Translations under genes and position numbers: made by a program
Part shown: piece after piece, positions 49,201-61,885 of the stretch
How positions within the stretch are numbered: the stretch's first letter is position 1
How the letters are laid out: the number at the start of each line of letters is the position of its first letter
NCBI GenBank assembly: GCA_001643675.2
Contig: LSRY02000056.1
Span: 372,001 to 436,000, forward strand
Source of the DNA: Monocercomonoides exilis PA203
Lineage: Eukaryota > Protista > Preaxostyla
Reading direction: 5' to 3'
DNA length: 64,000 nucleotides
Notes under the pieces: model-generated
Told to the model about the DNA's origin: nothing
What the model saw: the letters and a program-made list of their open reading frames with translations, nothing else
Database searches by the model: none

Positions 49201-51780
49201 TTTGACTGCCACCAATAATCTTCTTCTTCTTCTTCTTCTTCTTCTTCACCTTCTTCTTCTCCTTCTTCTTCTTCCTCTTCCTCTTCTCCTTCTTCTACTT
49301 CTTCTTCTTCTTCTGTTTCTTCTTCTTCTTCTTCTTCTTCTTCTTCTTCTTCTTCTTCTTTTTCTTCTTCTTCTTCTTCCTCCTCCTCCTCTTCTTCTTC
49401 TTCTTCTATTTCATCTTCTTTGTTTGCATAAATATTATGTAACACCACTTTTTCATCATCATCTCTTTCTTCATATGATTGGATTTCTTCTTTTTTTTTC
49501 TCATCTTTATATGGGATGATTACAGAAAGAAAGAAGAATGTTATTTCTGAAGAAAAAAAAACAGTTGAAAATGAGAAGAAGATTGAAAAGTCAATGAAGA
49601 GAATGAAGATATAGAGATAGAAGAATTCGTTTAGACAGGATATGATGAATGGAAATTGGTAAGTGAAAATTGCTGAGATTTTAAAAAATGAGGAAGTTAA
49701 ATGGAAATGGGGAGAAGTTGGAGGAGAAGAAGATGATGAACCAGAACAGGAAACAATGTGGCAGGAAGGAATACGTTGAATATCTGAATCATTCTATCTG
49801 TTGCTTCTTTTTCATGAGCGTTATGGAGCACAGATACGAAGAATGTGGAAGTGCGCAGAGATGTGATTCAGTTAAGGGAACATTTGTGGTTGAGAAGCCA
49901 AAAGGAGGTCCATGAGAGCATGCCATCACCTCTCCAGGGAAAGGCAATAATGACAGAACAGCGAGAAGGAGGCGAAGTTTTAGCAAGCGGATTAATTATT
50001 AGGGAAGACGGGGCTATTAGCGAACTTACAGCAGTTGATACAAGCACGTGTTTCTGCGGAGACTATGTTCGGCTGTTCTTCTTTTGTAATGAATTAGAAA
50101 GGCTCTTCATTTACAGACACTTTCTTATGAATCAGATGTAGTGTCCAATTGATACTTGTGGCAGCTGCAGAGCGAATCCATTTATTGGGCATGTCTCGAG
50201 TACAGCTATAGATCAATGGATAAACGCGACTGCTCTCCAAAAGGATGTAGAAGTTCCGTTCTGGAGTATGGTGCAGTTTGAGATACACTGGAGCCATGCT
50301 GCTGTTTCATTCGAATATGTTGCTGATAAGGTATCCAATCAAAGATGGTAGTTAAGACGGAGAGCATCAAGCTGAAGGGACTTTCTGATATTTTTATTCC
50401 AAAAAGATAAATAAGAACAATTATACCGCATTCAATTGCGATATACGTTGAGATAAGATGCTGTGCTGAGCTATTGGATTCACCATCAAAAGCGAATTCG
50501 ATTGAAGTAGCATTTTGTGAAGAGATGTTGATGTTGGAGAGAAAGACGCAGGAATTGGGAAGAGCACGAAGATCGGATAGGAAGAGGCTCAGATATCCTC
50601 TTCAAGCACAAAGAAGTATGTGGTTGAGGTGAAGATGCTTGTTGGAAGGAGAAAGGAGAGAGGAGGACTCAGCAAGAGATACGACGATGAAGGAGAAGAG
50701 GGAAGAGTGAGTGAAGGAGTATGAATTATGAGAAAAGATGTGATGGCAAATGAGAATGCAGCTTGTGAGATATAACAGCAGCAAGTTGGCGAAGGCGAAA
50801 TGAGCAGGAACAAGACTTTAAGAGACAGATATGATTCGAATGTTGGAAATACAAAATAAACTTTTGGTATGGAGGACATCTGCGGAGGTGGGGCCCAGGG
50901 GGCAAGCGGGGAGCCGCAATAGTGCGCAATGGAGCCGGTGTCTTGATTGACAAATATATGATGGGCGCAGTCGAATATGATGAAGGTGACTTTGTTGAAG
51001 TCGAGATCGGGGTTGGGGTCTGTGTAGGAGAAGTCAAACGCGCAGATTGACGTGTTTCAAGCGAAAGAATGCTGAGTGAATCCGAAGGAAAAGAGGGACT
51101 CGTTGATTTGGGCGGGGAAGGAGGAGCATCGGAGAAAGAGGTCCTTTCCCATGAATACATTATTCAAGACGAAGCAGAAGTTGAGGATGCATTCGGGCAA
51201 GCGCAGCTACGACTTCTCACAGTTGAGGAACACCATTGCAACTCCGCCCTCGGAAGACTCTTCGCTCACATAACTGGTAAACACATACGCCTCAGAAGCG
51301 CAGTCAAAGGCACATCACCTTTCCAAATTAACACAAGAGCTGCTCAGTTGGATGAGTGCACAATGTTGGTATTATTGGAGGAGTGAAAACCGATTATTGT
51401 TCTTTGGTCTGGGGCAGACAAGCCAGCCAGAGAAGCGGAGCTATCCAGAGCAGATGGGCAGATAGCCACGAGGGAATTGCTAGGGAGCCAAGAGGTAGAG
51501 ACTGAGAGGAATTCAAGTTTAGCTGAGGTGGATGCAGAAACGGATATGATAATGATGAAGAGGCGAGGGTTCAGTAGTTCAGAGACACACACTTTTTCCG
51601 CTTCCACAATCGTTAATGAAAAAAGTGTTTGTTAAGCCCGAATGAAAAAGGAGCGTCGCGACAAAAGGAGAGGAGCATCAGGTGTGGATATCTGAATGAA
51701 GGATAAGAGACGAGGAAGAAATATAGAGAATCAGAGGAGAAACGAAGGGAGGAGGATAAAATGAAGGTGTTCGCGCGATA
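45517..51780 (+). pseudogene. Fragmented pseudogene forming the right arm, paralog of the left arm; possible RCC1-like and BTB-like remnants
   Basis: ATG 45517 MEMNKSGISRYEGWLWSWESN then, after a 1-nt shift, SYGMCLG (RCC1-like); CGDYVRLFFFCNELERLFIYRHFL near 50050-50125 (BTB-start-like); many stops and frameshifts. Confidence 0.5.
49218..49406 (+). repeat. Imperfect (CTT)n microsatellite
   Basis: Directly visible. Confidence 0.9.
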
Positions 51781-53775
51781 GAAGCTTATTAAGAATCTAA
51801 TGCAAAAATTTGCAAATTTCTATTCAATTTTTATTATTTTCTTTGTTATTTTTCTATATCTTTGTTTGATCAATTTATAAGAAAAGCGAATTTTAAGAAT
51901 TTTTTGTTTCTAAACAAAAATAAACAACAAACCGTTGTATCTCTGATAAATATCTTGTTTAACTATTCAATTTTTCAATCGGTGTCAAAAAAAAACTGAC
52001 TGTTTTCAACAAACATTTTATGATCTTCAATATGAATTTGAAATTTTCTATGCAACAAAATCATAAAACAAATTTTTTATAAGAAATTGATTTATTGAGT
52101 ATTGAAACAATCATTATCATGCTTTTCAAGCAAGATAACTTATGTTTTTTTCTGTTTATCAAATTTTCGAGATTTTTTGAAAAATTTTTTAAGTTTTTTT
52201 ATAAATTTGTAATAAAAACAATTGGAAACAAATTAAAATCAACAAATAATTAATAATAATAATGCACTCAACTTTTATTTCATGTAACTTCAAATTAAAA
52301 CTTTCTCTTCAACCCCACCCTTAATTAAAATATATTTTGATCAAACTTCGTAAATTTTTATGATATCAAAAAAAATTACCCAAATAATAACTTTTTTCGG
52401 TGTGTTGACTTTTCAAAGGAAAACTATCATAAGAAAGAGTTTATGGATTCCTGTGCTGAATTCATCACAGCAGTTTCAAAAACAAATGTTTGAGCCGAAA
52501 TAAAGATGATAATTACTTGAATGTGCCTCTTCTCTTTTCAGAATTCTTTTGATAACATTCTAGGAAAATTTTCGAACAGAAAAATTTGAATGAAAAAAAA
52601 GTATTTTTTTCCACAAATAATCTCTAAACTTTTTTTATAAAAAATTATTTATCTTTGAGAATTTGACAAAAAGATAAGGATGAAAAGAATAGGAAGAGAT
52701 TTCGGCATTTCATAGATCAAATCATTGTCATTCATTTTTAAAATATTTTTTTGGTTACAAAAATAACTTTAACACAAAGAAAATGTCAAAAAAACCAAGT
52801 GTTTTGTTTCAAATAATCTCATCTGACAGCTTTCGGGATATTGGAAGCTATTTCGAAAGTTTATAGTTTATATTTAACTTCTAATAAATCAAAAATTAAA
52901 AACCAACAATTGATAAAAAAAAAATAAAATTATATTAAAAACAAAAATATAAATGGAACAATTTTCCAATAATGAGTAATCATGTTTTAATTTGAAAAAT
53001 TGTTCACTGGAATGTTTTTTGTAGAAAATTTAAATCTCATATTGAGATGAAGTTTCTATTCCCTCTCTCAATTTTTCTCAAGAAAGGAACTTCAAAATAA
53101 ACAGAATCATTGTGAAAGAAAGTATTTCCATTTTTGTTTAATATTTTTGGATGGAACTGCACTTTGATAAAAATATTCGATTTTTTTTTAACATATGAAG
53201 CATTAACAAAAGTGGCTTTTCAAATATATTTTGACAAATGAGTCGAAATTATAAGCCTATATAAAAATTTTATGTAATCTCAAAGTTTCTGCAAATAAAA
53301 TGGTATTTTCTGCTGCTTCATTTTCAGAAGCTTATCAATAATATTCATTTATTGTCAATATAAATCAAAAATTTCCAAATATTTTCCAACATTTCTACTG
53401 TCAAAATTAAAAAGAAAAAGTAACATCAACGCAAAATTCCTCAAAAAGCTATATAATTACAAAAAAACACTACAACAAAAAAGAAAAAGCAAAAAACAAA
53501 TAGTTATAAATATTCAAAAATGCGTGTTTATAAAAAACAAACATAATTATTATGAAAACACTTTCAAAATCTATTTATTTCTTTTTTCTTTTCTTTTCAT
53601 TCATTTTAATTAATCTTATAAATTCAAAAACAGAACACTTTTAATAATAATAATGTATAATAATAAACTCTCTAACTTTTGAAGTTCAAATTGAAAGTTG
53701 TACTTTATCATAAAATTCTGAATATTTGAAAGAATGCAACACAATTACCAAAGCAATTCATCTTGAAGAATAATT

Positions 53776-56700
53776 CTATGAAGTCTTGAAAGAAGAGTTG
53801 CTCATTGGAGGCTGAATTTGAACAGGTGATTTAGATGTCGGTACAGCTGACCCTTGCTGCACGTCAGAAGCACCCACAGAGGAAGAAGAGGTGAAAAGAG
53901 ACAAAAGCCTTGCAGAGTCAGATAGAGTGGAGTCTGCGCTTTCAGAAGAAGAATCAGGAGTAAGTGGAGTTGCAGCAGAAGTGTATGCAGACGCAGTTGG
54001 TGAAACAAAAGAGGAATACGCAGACGGAAGTAGAAAAGAGCTGCTTTCTGAGTAAGCACAACTACTACTGTTATTATTATTATTATTATTACTGCTATTG
54101 TTACTGCTCAAAGGCTGGAAGTTATTAGGAGTGAGATAGTCGCCTTGCTGAGGAGAAACAGCATTCACTTCTGCTTCATGTGGTTTTGATTGTATTTGTG
54201 TTTGTGTTTGCGTTTGTGTACCTTTTGTGGGGTCAAAAGCAATAAAGGAAGCAAAATGAGGTTTTTGTTGAACCTGTTGCTGTGCTGAAGATGTGGTCAT
54301 TGATGAAGATGAAGATGAAGCTGAATTTGAAGCAGAAGCAACAGGCATTGCAGAAGCTGAGACTGAAGAATATGGCCATATAAATGAGTCATTTGCTTTG
54401 GTGCTAGAAGAAGGAGACAACGGAGAAATAGAAATAGAAGAAGTTGAAGAAGAAGAAGAAGATAATGTTTGTCCGGACTGTGACTGAAGCGAAGTCAAAC
54501 TAACTGGAGCAAAACTTCTGGTTGCATTGTTTGTGTCAGACTTGGATGATTGAGTGCATGAGAGCTTATTTGCAGCAGATGGGACAGGCGGTGGAGGAGA
54601 GTGAGGAGGACACAATGAATAAATAGCAGAAGAATTAATGATTGATGGATTAAAATGTGCATTCGAAGAAGAAGAAGAAGAAGAAGGAGGAGGAGGAGGC
54701 GATGATGATGACGATGAAATATTAGTAGAATTCGACCGAGAAGCCGGAGAATGCTGCGAAAGAGGGAAAGGCGGTGGAGGAGATGTTGGAGGTGTTGATG
54801 AAGCAGGCGATGTTCTTGTTCCCGATAGGATCAAGGGAGGAGGCGCTGGAAATGGTTTTTCTGGTTTAGCAGCAGCAGCTGTTGAGCGTGTGTCAGTCAT
54901 TTTGGCTTTGGGGCTGTCTTTGTCTGAAAGCAAGTCGTTGCCTAAGAGCGAATCCTTCACTGTCCTGCCGAATTTCGCAAATCCCTTTGCAATCTGCTTG
55001 GAAAGAGATATGGATGAAGAAGATGGAGAAGAAGAAGCAGAACTATCAGATGAAGGAGACTGTCCATCATAAATAGATGAATAATAATTCGATTGTGATG
55101 ATGATGATGATGATGATGATGGAGATGTTTTTGAAGGAGACAGTTTTTTCGAGCCAGCGGGAAGCGAACTTGAGTATGTTCTTGTTGATCCATTGGACTC
55201 TGGGCTTCTTTGTGTAATGTTACTAAAGCCATATTCACTGCTTGCTCGATTAGCTGTCTTTTTGACAGGATAATCATCAATCACTGAAAAACCTGAGTCA
55301 ATTGTCTGTGTGTAGCTGTAGAAGGGAGAAGAACTAACATCTGCTTCATCACCTTCTTTTCTCTCGCTGATATCTCCTTCTTCTCCTTCTCTTCTTCCTT
55401 CTCCTTCTGAACCATTCTCATTCTTCTCTTCCATGTTATTGCTGCTTCCTTCTTCCTCTTCACTTTCATCATCGCTATCCATTTCTGTGTCACTTGACTC
55501 TGACAGCTCTTCCTCTGTCTCCACAAAACATAAGCTTTGCATCCACTCTTCGCTCAGCTCACTTTCACTCTCACTTTCTGCTTCGTTTGCTTCAATTCCT
55601 CCTCCTTCTTTTTCTTTGCTTTTCTCTGTTTTTCCTTCTTCTTTTGTTTTCTTCTCATTCGATTTTTTAATTCGTTTCGGAACACCAGCCGTGGTAAGCC
55701 CCCAGCTCTTCTCATACAAAAGCATCCACTTCAAATTCAGCTTGCTCAAATGTTCTTTCTTTTCCCCTCCTTTTTGCTCTTTTGATTCATTCACACCTTG
55801 TTTCGTCTTGTTCTGCTCTGACACAATAACTTGTTGTGCTTCATTAACTTTCACATTCGTTTCCTCCTTCTTTTTGAAATCACTTTCTTCATTCGCTTCC
55901 TCTGCTCCTGCTCCTCTTCCTTCTGCTCCTTCTTCTCCTTCTCCTTCTCCTTCTTCTTCTGTTCTCCCTTCATCTGGAAGAAGAAAGAACTGAATCGGCT
56001 TTGTCACTCTTCCCCCGCTCCTCCTCAGCTCCTCCTCTTCCTCCTCCCTCTCTTTCTTCCTCTGCTCTCTAATAACCCTCCTTTTTAGCTTCCTCTTCTC
56101 TTTCTGCCTCTTCTTCAGCACCATTTTGATTCGTGCTCTTTCTTCAGCGCCAATCAAATACAACTTCAATGCCATGTGAATAAGCTCATTCGCGTTGTAC
56201 CTGTTCTTCATAGCAGACAGATACGAAATGAGGTCAGGGGCAGAGGTGGGCGGGGGTAGCTTGGGAAATGGTGGAAGAGAAGAAGAAGAAGATGATGATG
56301 ATGAATTAGAAGATGATGAAGAAGAAAGAGAAGAGGAAGAATCTGAAGATTTAAGAGGAGAATTAGCCACGTTGATGAAAGAAAGGAAAGAAGGGGTGTG
56401 GAGGATGGCAAGAAGGATGAAGGGAAACAAGGTGAGAGAAGGAGAAGGAGAAGGAGACGTGAAGTTTGCATAGGAAACATCAGAAGGAGCAAGATTGGAT
56501 GAGTTCTGAAGTGAAATGGCTGTGGTGGCGTGGACAGCAGCTGAAGAAGATGACATTGAAGAAGACAGAGAAGAAGAAGAAGAAGAAGAAGAAGAAGAAG
56601 AAGAAGAAGAAGAAGAAGAAGAAGAAGAAGAAGAAGAAGAAGAAGAAGAAGAAGAAGGATATGAAGAAGGGAGTAGCTCAGCCGATTGCTGAGAAGAAAC

Positions 56701-59700
56701 AGAAAGAGCACCAGATGCCTCGTGAAATGGAGAGTGTGCAGGAGAAGAAAAAGCCTCAGTGAAAAGACAGTGATAATACTGCTGGGAGGAAGAGAAAGGG
56801 ACGGGTAGCTTCTGAAGAGGGAAGGCAGAAGAGAAGTAGTCCTGTGGAAGAAAGACCTGCTGCTGATGAGGCTGTCGATGATTCGGATTGTTTTTGTGTC
56901 TGCCACCATCTTTCTCAACAGCATCCTCATTTTTGTCTCCAACAAGAGTGAATGAAGAAGAAGAGAAAGAAGAAGAGGAAGAGGAAAAAGAAGAAGGGGG
57001 AGGAGGAGGGATTGATAAATAAGCGTGGTGAGAGAGGAGGGAAGGGAGAGGGAGGTAAACAGAAGACAAAGGGAGGGTGCGGCGGGTGGGGTGGACGAGA
57101 ATGCGAGGAGAGGCAAAGTGACTGAGGGGAACAGGAAGGCGAGAAAGAAGAGGGACAGAGGGGAAAGAAGAGGAAGAAGAGGAAGAAGAGTTAGAAGAAG
57201 AAAAAGAAGACGGGCAATTAGCCGAGGAAGGCAGGAGAAACTGATTGAAAAGAGGAGAAGGAGAAGAAGATTGAGAAGGGGATGAAAAAGGGGAAGAATT
57301 GTTGAGCTCTTCCAGTGTATCCTTCATATCATGTGCCAAGTCTTCGATGTGAGTGGGAGGGAAGAGAATGAACGAGTCAGGCTGCGACAGAAAAGAAGAG
57401 AGATCAAATGGCCTTTTGTGAAGAATAGCACAATTTTTATCTTCTTCCCTCATTTTCATTGCTTCTCGCAAAAAGCTGCTTTTCATTGAATCACTGCCCT
57501 TTCGCTGTGAAGAAGTGTCATTTATCTCATGGAAGCGAATTCGCACTGGAATCTCATTCATCCTGTTCCTCTCGTTCTCCTTTTCCTTCCTTCTCTCCCT
57601 CCTCATCTGCATCCTCCTTCTCCTCTCTTTCTTCCTCTTCTCCCTCAAACCCCTCAATCTCTTCTGCCTTCTCCCTTCTTCCTCTCTCATTCTCCTCCAC
57701 AGCCTCTCCAACTCTCCAAATGCTAACACAGAGTCCCACAGCTTGGCTATTTCACACCATTCTCCTTCTCTCTTCATCAGCAGCAGCACAAACGAGAAGA
57801 AGAAGAAGAAGAAGTCGGATGAAGGAGAGGGGACTTTATGTTGTTGTTGTTGTTGAGAAATGGAAGAAGAAGAAGATGATGAGTTGCTTTGTCCATTCAT
57901 CATGCTACGTGGAACAGAAGATATCATACGTGATGATGCTGTGTTTGCAAATTGATTGTTCCTCTGTTGTTGTTGCTGCTGCATTTGAATGCGCTGCTTA
58001 CTGCCAAGTGTGGAATTAATGAAAGCAGCAGCAGCAGAAGAAGAAGAAGATGGCAATGAAGAAGAAGAAGATGATGATATAGGCATCACAGACGGATCTT
58101 CAATATTAGCCAGTCTGGCTGACACATCTGGTGAGAAATACGCCAAAAACGAGGCAAACACCTCAAAAAACAGAGTGAAGGCAGAACCAGGGCGGAGATA
58201 GAAAGGGCGGAGGGAGCGAAGGAGAGAGGCGAAGGAGAAGAATGTTAAGGGAACATTGCCGGCATACTGATGGAGCAGAAAAGAGGCTAAATCGTTCATT
58301 CCTTGCACATAGCCTAATTTATGAGTAAGTGAAGAATGAAGCAAAAAGAGATGTTTGAAAATAAAAGAAGAAAAAAGTAAAAAAAAAGAAAAATGAGTTG
58401 TAACATGAATTGTTAAACTTTTCATGTGTCAAAATGCATCCAATTCTCTTTTAGAAAACACAAAGAAATTCTCATTCAATAAAATCATATTTTCATTACA
58501 ATCCATACCTAATTTCCTATCCAACACGAGATGTGCTCTGAGGATGTTTCTGACACCCACAAACATGAATGAGTCTTCTCTCTCCATTCCACACTGCTCT
58601 CTGTCTGTCCTCACCAGATCCAGCTCAATCCTCCTCCTCCCTTCAGCCAGCGACGCCCTCGTAATCATCTTCTGCCCTTTCCTCTGCTCTTTCTTCCTCT
58701 CCCTCTCCTTCTTCCTCTTCTCCACATACTCTCTATGCGATTCCTCTATCAGCCTCTCTATCTCCTTCTCGTCTTCCTCTTCTTCTCTCTCTAAATCTGC
58801 CAGTCTGTCTGTCTCATCTATCTCTAACTGAGGCTGCTGCGAGCGAAACGCAAACTGCTGCGAATAATCAAACGCCTTCCCATTCATTTGCCCTGCTTTT
58901 CCAGCCCCTGCTCTCAACCCTCCTCCTCCTCCTCCTCCTCCTCCTCCTCCTCCTCCTCCTCCTCCTCCTCCTCCTCCTCCCCTTCCTCTTCTTCTTTTCT
59001 CCTCCTCTTCTCTTTTTTGCTTCCTCTCTCTTCGAAACTGCCTTCTTATCTCCTTCTCCTTCTCCCTCTGCGCATTCGCTGCCTTCTCCTCTTCCTCCAT
59101 CTCCCTCGCAATTTCATCGTCTTCCTCTTCATCCTGCTCCCTCTCCTCCTCTTTCTCCATCCAATCCTTGTCCATCCGCTCTTCCTCCTTCCCTTTCGCC
59201 TGCCCAACATTCCCTTCCTCCTTCAGCCGCTCAAACCGTCTGACAAGCCCTGCCTCGCTGATGTTCCGCTCCACATAGCCAGAGTCAGTATCAAACACCT
59301 GAAAGAGGAAAGGAAGGACATGCAGGCGAGCAGCAGGGGTGCAGGAGTAGAGGAGAACAGTAGAGAGAAGAGAAGTGTAGTTCATTATCTGGCCAGAGGG
59401 AGAAAGCAATGAGGAGAAGTGAGTGAGAGTCAATGGCTCTGATTGAAATGCGGTTGAGGCATTGGGATTGAGAAGGTTAGCTGGTTGTTGTTGTTGTTGG
59501 TGGTGGTGAAATGGAAAAGAGTGGAATGAAGAGGAAGAGGAGGAGAATGAGGAAGAATGAGATGCAGAATGATTTAGAAGCTTCCTTAGAAAAGTAGTCC
59601 ACCCAACTCTGAATGGCGGAGAAGGTAATCCATTCACCTCAGACGTTTTTTTGTTGGAATCAGAAGGCAACGAGCCTTTATCAGAAGTTCCTTTTGCTTG

Positions 59701-60794
59701 AACGAAATTGAATGCCTGCTGATTCAGCAGTGTCTGCCCAGCTGTGTCAGAAGCCAGTGCAGACGGTGAAAGCGAGGCCAAAGAAGAGGGCTGCACCGAC
59801 GAAGACGGAGAAGAACCGTCCAAAAAGTGGGTTATGTCTGCAGAATGCTCCAGTTTGAATGGGACGCCGATGTCGAGGAGCAGCGGGGGTGTTGTGGGAG
59901 GTGTGATGATTTTGGCTCTGCTATTCGGTTGCATTGAAGAAGGCTGTTGAGACGCGGGTAATAAGCTTTGAGGTGAAGGCTCCGCTGTTGTAGCTTCTGT
60001 TGGTTGCTTTAAGGATGAAGAAGGATCTGCTAATGCTTTTAAGTTTGGAGAGTGATCAGTTATCATTTCAAAAAGTTTATCTAAAAATGGATCTAATGTT
60101 TTCAGAAAAGGTGGCGGTGAAATATCTCTGGTTCCATCTTTCCGGATTTGCATCGAAGGTGAAGATACCCTTGATGATGGAGATGGATATTTCTTTAATC
60201 CTAATGCAGAAGAAAACTCACTTGAAAATCCGTTGAAAAAAATAAGATTCGAATCCTCCTCGGAAATTTGAGATTTTGAATTAGCTTTTAAAACATCCAA
60301 GAAATTATTGAGAGGATTAACACTCGAAAAAACAATATCAGGTGTCATAATTCCTAAATATCAATATCCTAATAATGAAAGAGAATAATAATTTATTGAA
60401 ACCAGTTTTTTGGTTTATAACCAAATATGGACGAGAAGATTTCTCCGAGTGAATTCTTATTGATTGAATATCCGTCATGAGAATAACAAGTTGACCTTTT
60501 ATAAAAAATCTGATTTTGAAACATAAAAATTTTGATATTCATACATATTGTACCAAAGTTTGTTTCTGCCTTCTTTTTCTAAATATGAGAAACAAAAACA
60601 GCTTTAAATCTAAGAGCATGTGACAAAGTCTTTCATACGTCAAACAATGCTGGAGTCCATCGAATATAAGCGCGTAAATCTTCCATTCGTACAATAACTT
60701 GGATTGTACCACGAATTGTCTTTGAATTATCATTTGGAGAGCGTAAATTTACACTACCGTTCCAAATTTCTGTTTCATTTGATTCAATATTCAT
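53776..60794 (-). CDS. TBC-domain Rab GTPase-activating protein, TBC1D15/17-Gyp7-like, multi-exon, greatly expanded by low-complexity inserts
   Basis: N-terminal PH-like exon MNIESNETEIWNGSVNLRSPNDNSKTIRGTIQVIV..IRWTP; Arg finger IELDLVRTDR; Gln finger LG|YVQGMNDL across intron 58508-58314; VLLLMKREG..KLWD. Confidence 0.85.
56571..56656 (+). repeat. (GAA)n microsatellite encoding poly-Ser in the RabGAP on the minus strand
   Basis: Directly visible. Confidence 0.95.
58919..58980 (+). repeat. (CCT)n microsatellite encoding poly-Gly in the RabGAP on the minus strand
   Basis: Directly visible. Confidence 0.95.
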
Positions 60795-61004
60795 TGAGTA
60801 AATAAAACCAATTTGTTAATATTTCTTTTTTTTTCTATGGTTCATATTTTTGTTTTCTTATATGAGTTTTTTGATTTAATTTTTTCATTATTTGACATTA
60901 TATTTTTTCACAAATCATGGCCAATCAAATATTTTCTTTTATTATAAATTATGGAATGAAATCAATAATAATTGGGTTGAGATCACACAACTCAATAAAG
61001 ATCG

Positions 61005-61283
61005 ATGGCAAAACGTACCAAAAAGGTAGGAATTGTTGGAAAATACGGTACCAGATACGGCGCTTCACTTCGTAAAGTTATTAAGAAGATTGAAGTTTCG
61101 CAGCATGCCCGATTCAATTGCAGATTCTGCGGAAAAGATTCCGTTAAGCGTAAGGCTGTTGGAATCTGGGAATGCAAAAGCTGCAAGAAAGTGATTGCTG
61201 GAGGTGCATGGCAATTATGCACAAGCGCAGCATCAGATATTTCATCAACTCTTCGTCGTCTGAACAAAGATGAATCTGAGTAA
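61005..61283 (+). CDS. RPL37A: 60S ribosomal protein L37a (eL43)
   Basis: [47 protein letters not shown]. Confidence 0.98.
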   Translation: MAKRTKKVGIVGKYGTRYGASLRKVIKKIEVSQHARFNCRFCGKDSVKRKAVGIWECKSCKKVIAGGAWQLCTSAASDISSTLRRLNKDESE

Positions 61284-61885
61284 ACAACATTTCGCAATTC
61301 ATGTTTTCATTCAAAAGCCATCATCTTGAACGAACAGACAGCTTCTTCTGAAATTTTTGTTTATTTTTAATACAGGTTAAAAAAAGCTGAATTTCGCATG
61401 TCATTGAGCTTTTCCAGTTGTGCTGTAATCAAATGTTGATCATTATCTTTGAAAAGTGTGTATAAAAAAAATAATTATTCCAACAACTATCAAGCTTTAG
61501 AGAACACAAAAAAATGAGGAAAAAATGATAATTCATAATCAAAACTTTTTTTAAGAAAAAACGTAAAGGATATTTATTAAAGCAAAAATATCATAAAAAT
61601 TGATTCATTAATTATTAAATTCAATCACATCAAATTCAAATGATTAGCTCGACAATTTTTTGACGTTTTTTTTAAAAAAAATAAATTGATTTTGAAATAA
61701 CGCTTTTTTACTTATCAAATGATTCAAGTTATTGAAAGACGAAGCATGAAGATATATTGCCTGTTCGATGTGGAGAATCTTCAAGAGATGCAAAAGATTT
61801 TGTAAAAAAATATCTAGTCACTTAAAAGGACTTGAAATTTGAAGTGTGAGTAATTATGCTTTTTCTTTGATTCCAATGATTGAGA

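Noticed and set aside
60992-61297. 101-aa minus-strand ORF
   Set aside because: Antisense to the highly conserved RPL37A
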